DNA of 64,000 nucleotides from an uncultured Gammaproteobacteria bacterium (GTDB lineage Bacteria; Pseudomonadota; Gammaproteobacteria; CAISUE01): NCBI GenBank assembly GCA_964471475.1, contig CAYYFQ010000006.1, positions 75 to 64,074 of the forward strand, read 5' to 3'. Shown piece by piece: positions 59,602 to 64,000 of this stretch (position 1 is its first letter; each line of letters starts with the position of its first letter). The notes under the pieces were generated by a model. It saw only the letters and a program-made list of their open reading frames with translations, ran no database searches and was not told where the DNA came from. The position numbers and the translations under genes were made by a program.

Positions 59602-60744
59602 CTAACCAGAGAGATTATCCTGTTTTTTGCCTCCAAAATAAAATTTCGCTAATGCTTTGTTGAGCGGTTCCGAATAATAACGAGCCACCAGATCTCCAGT
59701 GATTCCGCAAACGAATAAAAGGGCTAAATACCAAAATGGCAAAAAGAGTGTGCTGATATGTTGAACAAAAAATGTCGCTGTTAATGGAATGAGAATAATC
59801 ATATGCGTTAAATAAATTTCATAACTGTGCCGGCCATACCAGCAAAAAAATCGCGTTAATTTAGGTATCTGATTAATCCCTCTGGTGTAGCGTTGGTATA
59901 GAGAAATTAATACAAAAGCCGTTCCCATTTCCAACAGCGTGACTTGTAAACTGTATTTTGTTAGGCCTAAGTCAAACACGGTTTTGCGAGCGACGATAAA
60001 AAATAGCATTGCCGCTAGGCCAAAGAATAACATGGCTTTCAGTTGCGTTGTATCAAATGATTTTTTGCTGGCCCATATGGCCGCCAAACAGCCTAAAGCG
60101 ATGCCATCCATACACGATAAATAATTATGATCTTGCCAAATATCATCAGCTCCATAAGAGCGTGCAAACGGGCCAATCATCACGAAACTGAGCATGAGCA
60201 AAATGAAACAACGTTCATTTTTAACAAAACGGCAAATCATCGGGAAAAAGAAATAAAAACATTCTTCGACGGATAAAGACCACATCACATCCCATACGCC
60301 AGGTAAGTGTCCCGTTTTTCTTTCCAGCATATTAAGATGAAAAGTGAGTGCAGAAAAAATCGTTTCAGCTAAGGTAGCTTGATTCGATTTCAACATAAAA
60401 CCTTCGACATGCATTACATGCAAGCAAGAAATAATGATGATGACACCTAATAAAAGCGGCATAATTCGCGCGAATCGAATCCAGTAAAATTCACGTGATT
60501 TAATGTGAGTTAAGCTCCTCCAACGTTTAATGGAAGTGCTGGTGATGATGAAACCGGATACCACAAAAAATATGATCACGCCATAATAGCCACTCCATAA
60601 TAAAACTTTGAGAGAAGCGGTGGGGAGCGCTTGAGCTAAGCTGCTTTGATCAACATGAAGGCGAATATTAATGTGCAATAAAACGACGGCTATGATGCAA
60701 AGGCCGCGGATGATATCGATGGAGTGAATGCGTTGCGAGCTCAT
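59602..60744 (-). CDS. Acyltransferase family 3 (OafA/YrhL-like) integral membrane protein
   Basis: 10-11 predicted TM helices. N-terminal IDIIRGLCIIAVVLLH motif typical of acyltransferase_3. The recurrent 16-mer is embedded in its 3' end. Confidence 0.75.
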   Translation of the reverse strand: MSSQRIHSIDIIRGLCIIAVVLLHINIRLHVDQSSLAQALPTASLKVLLWSGYYGVIIFFVVSGFIITSTSIKRWRSLTHIKSREFYWIRFARIMPLLLGVIIIISCLHVMHVEGFMLKSNQATLAETIFSALTFHLNMLERKTGHLPGVWDVMWSLSVEECFYFFFPMICRFVKNERCFILLMLSFVMIGPFARSYGADDIWQDHNYLSCMDGIALGCLAAIWASKKSFDTTQLKAMLFFGLAAMLFFIVARKTVFDLGLTKYSLQVTLLEMGTAFVLISLYQRYTRGINQIPKLTRFFCWYGRHSYEIYLTHMIILIPLTATFFVQHISTLFLPFWYLALLFVCGITGDLVARYYSEPLNKALAKFYFGGKKQDNLSG

Positions 60745-61391
60745 CCATTTTTACTCATTCTTTTTGCGATTAAGTATAACCCATGATCAACGGATAATTT
60801 ATCAATGCTAAATTGCTTTGTTTCGAGAACAGCTTTGTAAAAATCTTTCAAATACGTTTCATGCGTATCCGCATTATCCACCACGATAATCGCATGGGGT
60901 GATAACAGCGGTAAAAGATAATCAAAATAAGTGACGTAATTGCTGATATCGGCATCCATTAATACAAAATCAATGAGTCCGCTCTGCCAATTTTTTAATG
61001 TACTTGTAATTTCACCTTCATGTAAGTGAATACAATTTTCTACGCCTGCTTCTTTGAAATGTTGTTTTGCTAATGCAATTTTTCGATCAAAAATTTCAGT
61101 AGTGTGAACATAGCCGCCCGTTATGGCAGCGCCTAAGCTTAACCAAAGTGCCGAATAGCCGGATGAACAACCGAGTTCCAAAATGGTTTTAGCCTGAGAA
61201 GCAATGACTAAAAATTTTAATAATTGTCCGGTTTGGTGGCCAACAGACCATAGTTTGAGGATGTTATTTTGGGTTCGAATACGACCAAAGGAATGTTGTT
61301 TGTCTTGTTCTTCCGTTAATTCCGTTGACCACGTTTCATTCATGGATTCGATTTTCGCTAATACGTCGTAAACTTTTTTTTCGTTGAGCAT
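60741..61391 (-). CDS. Class I SAM-dependent O-methyltransferase (family 3, CCoAOMT/YrrM-like)
   Basis: VLELGCSSGYSALWL motif I and VVDNADTHE. 216 aa. Its stop overlaps the upstream start (ATGA). Confidence 0.8.
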   Translation of the reverse strand: MLNEKKVYDVLAKIESMNETWSTELTEEQDKQHSFGRIRTQNNILKLWSVGHQTGQLLKFLVIASQAKTILELGCSSGYSALWLSLGAAITGGYVHTTEIFDRKIALAKQHFKEAGVENCIHLHEGEITSTLKNWQSGLIDFVLMDADISNYVTYFDYLLPLLSPHAIIVVDNADTHETYLKDFYKAVLETKQFSIDKLSVDHGLYLIAKRMSKNG

Positions 61392-61536
61392 AATATTTCC
61401 GCTGATGAAATTGAGCTAATGAATATATTTTTTCATTACTACCTTTCTACCTATTTAATTTTGCCTTGATAATGCCAGTCTAATATTTCATTACGTTTAG
61501 CGTTTGGTTTTACTTGAATGCTGATTTTGTGCAAAT

Positions 61537-62304
61537 TCATTTCGCCAATTGCCCGTAATAAATTTTTGTTTCATATTCAAAACAAATTTTCCCCCGTTGT
61601 TCATGACGATCGAAGATTTGATTTAATGCATCGATCATAGTTTCATAGCCAGTATCATTCGGTTGTAATGCGTAGGATGCGGATAATAAGCGGCCTTGAA
61701 AACTTTCTCGGTCAAAAAATTGTTGGTTAACGAAAGAGGCAGTATGCATTACATGCGGTGCAAAAAAGTCTTCGCCGACACTATGATTAAATTGCATTGC
61801 CCCTGACTCTTGATAGTCAGTACCATATTTTAAGATTAAAGCTTCATATTCTTGCATGAGTGGAAAAGCTAAATTGCGTACATTCCATAGTAAAGCCACA
61901 AATCCGTTTGTTTGTAAAATTCGCTGAAATTCCAGTTTTGTTTTTTCAGGATTAAACCAGTGAAAAGCCGTACCCGCAACTATTAATTGAACGCTGCTGT
62001 TGGGTAAGTCGGTATTTTCAGCCGTTGCTTCGATGCTATAAAAGTTAGGATATTCTTTTAGGTAAGCTTCCCCTGCTTGGCGCATTTCTTTATTGGGTTC
62101 AACGCCGTAGACAGCATAGCCTGCTTTTAAAAATAATTCTGTTAATAAACCAGTGCCTGAACCCATATCAGCAATAGTGTTTGTTTTCGTTAAATGACAA
62201 GCGTTTTCTAAAAATGAAATGATTGCTGGCGGATAAGATGGTCGATATTTCAGATAATTTTCTACTCGATTAGAAAAACGTTCCGTAGATTTGATGGTTG
62301 TCAT
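61537..62304 (-). CDS. Class I SAM-dependent methyltransferase (Methyltransf_11/25-like)
   Basis: IADMGSGTGLLTELFLKAGYAVYGVEPNKEM. Confidence 0.75.
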   Translation of the reverse strand: MTTIKSTERFSNRVENYLKYRPSYPPAIISFLENACHLTKTNTIADMGSGTGLLTELFLKAGYAVYGVEPNKEMRQAGEAYLKEYPNFYSIEATAENTDLPNSSVQLIVAGTAFHWFNPEKTKLEFQRILQTNGFVALLWNVRNLAFPLMQEYEALILKYGTDYQESGAMQFNHSVGEDFFAPHVMHTASFVNQQFFDRESFQGRLLSASYALQPNDTGYETMIDALNQIFDRHEQRGKICFEYETKIYYGQLAK

Positions 62305-62339
62305 AAATTTATTCCTATATCTACTTTAGCTGATTGTTC

Positions 62340-62470
62340 GCTGAATGTGATAGCGTTTCTCCCGCTAATTTTAAAATATGCTGTACAAATTCTGTTTTAG
62401 CTTGTGTGTATTTTTCGCGATCATATCGATATTTTTGCAATAACGTTTTTTTCAACTTCTAATGCGGCAA
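62340..62470 (-). pseudogene. Possible C-terminal remnant of a GrpB/UPF0157-family gene
   Basis: The reverse strand translates to LKKTLLQKYRYDREKYTQAKTEFVQHILKLAGE, resembling the conserved C-terminal end of GrpB-family proteins. No upstream ORF is present. Confidence 0.25.
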
Positions 62471-62477
62471 GCTGTGG

Positions 62478-62921
62478 TCATTCTGGGTTGTAAGATTCGA
62501 GGTGGATATCAGTAAGTTTCATACCAGGGTACGGTTTTGCTCTCATAGCAACCAAGCGATCTTGTAAAGTGGTCGCATGAATTTCTAATTTATGTTGATC
62601 AGGATCTAAAATATAAATAGAAGCACCTTCGCTTTTATTTTCTTTCCAAATGGGTATTTGATGAGCCGCAAGTTTTTTTACCATCGCATCAAAGTCTGTG
62701 GGTAAAATATCGAAAGCAATGTGCGTATATTCAGGCCAAGGTTCATCAGCTCGTAAGTGGTCAACGTTTAAACAAAACCAAAGTTCACCGGCTAAAAAGT
62801 AGGCGCCCGTATCCCACATGGCGACCAAATCCATCCCTAAAATATCACGATAAAAAGAGACGCTTTTAGATAAGTCTTTTGTTGCTAATGTAATATGATT
62901 AATGCCTGTGACTCTCGCCAT
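62478..62921 (-). CDS. fosA: FosA-family fosfomycin resistance metalloglutathione transferase-like protein
   Basis: Strongly collinear with FosA: INHITLATKDLSKSVSFY, WDTGAYF, YTHIAFDI, IWKENKSEGASIYILDPDQHKLEIH, RAKPYPGM. Confidence 0.8.
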   Translation of the reverse strand: MARVTGINHITLATKDLSKSVSFYRDILGMDLVAMWDTGAYFLAGELWFCLNVDHLRADEPWPEYTHIAFDILPTDFDAMVKKLAAHQIPIWKENKSEGASIYILDPDQHKLEIHATTLQDRLVAMRAKPYPGMKLTDIHLESYNPE

Positions 62922-63148
62922 ATGATTTCCACAAAAGGAGTGGTTTAGTTTAGAGTTATTATTATACGATAAAACTCAGATTGTGTTTGGTGCTTGATTT
63001 AAGCCGAAACGACCCTGTTTCCATGCGCTTGTTGTGGGTATCCATACGTCCTTTCATAACGCTCGGCAAATGCATTATTATGCTAAATTTTATTTGATGT
63101 CAATTTTTTTAAAGCAATATTTTATTTTAAAGCAATGCAATAAAGCCA

Positions 63149-64000
63149 TTAATAATTAGCGCTTTCAGCTTGACTCGCATATGGCTCTTTTATGATTAAG
63201 CTAATGGCTAAACTTAAAGCGTAAGCGATAGGCATAATGATAAGTGCAATACGATAGCTATGGGGAGAGTAAATACTGCTAGTTGTTTTGAGTAATGTTG
63301 AGTTATTTATACTTATTAACCATCCAAAGAAAGGCTGAATAATTGCTGTTAAGCAATTCAACAGAACTGAAACGATGCTAATAACAGTTCCTGAAAGTTT
63401 TTTAGGGTTAGTTTCCGCAACAGATGTATAGCTAATAATCTGCGTGCTTGAAAAAATGCCGAGCAGAAAAAATAAAATCACTAATGTTTGCCAGGTTAAA
63501 TGAGTTGAGTTAATCACTATTAAAATTAAAATCAATGACAGGATAGAGCCAGCAATCATAAAGGGTTTTCTTTTATATGCGAAGTCTGACCATGCGCCGA
63601 TGATTGGTGAACCTATAATGACACCAATAAAAATCATACTGACGACTAAAGAAGCTTGTGAGCTCGATAACAGATGAGCCTGCGTTAAATATAAGTTCCC
63701 CCATAAAAAGCCAAATATGATGGCTGGCAGATTCAGGAATGTTGTATAAAGACCGAATAGCCAATTCTGGTGTTTCTTTAATACGCAGAAGAAATCATGA
63801 ATAGAAATTTTTTGTTTGCATTCTGATGTGTTAGCTTCTTTATCTACAATAAAAACAAACATCGTTATCCATATGAGTAAGCCAATAAAAGCGTTTATTA
63901 GCATGATTGTTCGCCAATCTAAGATGGATAATAAAAATACAACCGGCGCTTGGGCGACAACGCCACCCAATAAGCCAACAGTCATCATTAATCCCACAAC
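63149..64000 (-). CDS. MFS transporter (C-terminal portion; the 5' end lies beyond the window edge)
   Basis: Multiple TM helices. The ORF is still open at the window end. Confidence 0.6.
   Translation of the reverse strand, partial: VVGLMMTVGLLGGVVAQAPVVFLLSILDWRTIMLINAFIGLLIWITMFVFIVDKEANTSECKQKISIHDFFCVLKKHQNWLFGLYTTFLNLPAIIFGFLWGNLYLTQAHLLSSSQASLVVSMIFIGVIIGSPIIGAWSDFAYKRKPFMIAGSILSLILILIVINSTHLTWQTLVILFFLLGIFSSTQIISYTSVAETNPKKLSGTVISIVSVLLNCLTAIIQPFFGWLISINNSTLLKTTSSIYSPHSYRIALIIMPIAYALSLAISLIIKEPYASQAESANY

Noticed and set aside
61353-61364. Weaker copy of the recurrent motif (ttttcgctaata) inside the O-methyltransferase gene
   Set aside because: Only 12 of 16 positions match. It probably reflects the LAKIE coding sequence rather than a true motif copy.
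1-64000. CRISPR arrays or short tandem repeat-spacer structures
   Set aside because: I scanned for regularly spaced direct repeats of 24-40 nt and found none. The only repeats are palindromic elements and dispersed paralogous segments.

Overview
The window looks like a genome fragment from a Legionellales-type gammaproteobacterium (Coxiella/Legionella-like). This identification rests on an IcmW-like type IVB coupling-adaptor gene followed by a small proline-rich secreted ORF and a signal-peptide protein in the IcmX position, on moderate AT-richness, and on many pseudogene fragments. I could not fix the organism, and the IcmW identity rests on recalled motifs rather than an alignment.

The first ~31 kb are mostly housekeeping genes on both strands: a divergent UDG-like gene, rsmJ, tgt, ispG, a MurG-like GT28, nrdA, an orphan PDH-E2-like gene, sppA, clpB, comM/yifB, a UbiK-like gene and nnr. 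Interspersed are large orphan proteins of the kind expected for secreted effectors: a 1146-aa coiled-coil protein, a 439-aa protein, and adjacent 473-aa and 493-aa proteins.

Two ~165-bp palindromic elements with 27-bp terminal inverted repeats sit in opposite orientation at 13.5 kb and 24.7 kb, bracketing an ~11-kb block. Two further, distinct palindromic elements lie at 17.3 kb and 18.3 kb.

The second half (32-64 kb) is an accessory, decaying region. It is rich in small-molecule-modifying and resistance-like enzymes: an APH-family kinase, TPMT-like and other methyltransferases, GNATs, VOC/glyoxalase paralogs, a FosA-like protein, beta-lactamase-family hydrolases, an acyltransferase-3, an O-methyltransferase, a histidine acid phosphatase, a GH5 hydrolase and an SGNH hydrolase. 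It contains clear segmental duplications (a methyltransferase plus flavin-reductase module, and a hydrolase plus glyoxalase module), chimeric pseudogenes (a gloA 5' end fused to an ABC-exporter 3' end) and a split beta-lactamase-family gene. A 16-nt motif AAAATTTCGCTAATGC recurs at least six times.

The most unusual single gene is a three-domain protein that fuses a novel N-terminal module, a complete peptide-deformylase-like domain and a GNAT acetyltransferase. A truncated paralog of its N-terminal module lies 12 kb away.

I found no rRNA, tRNA or CRISPR array.
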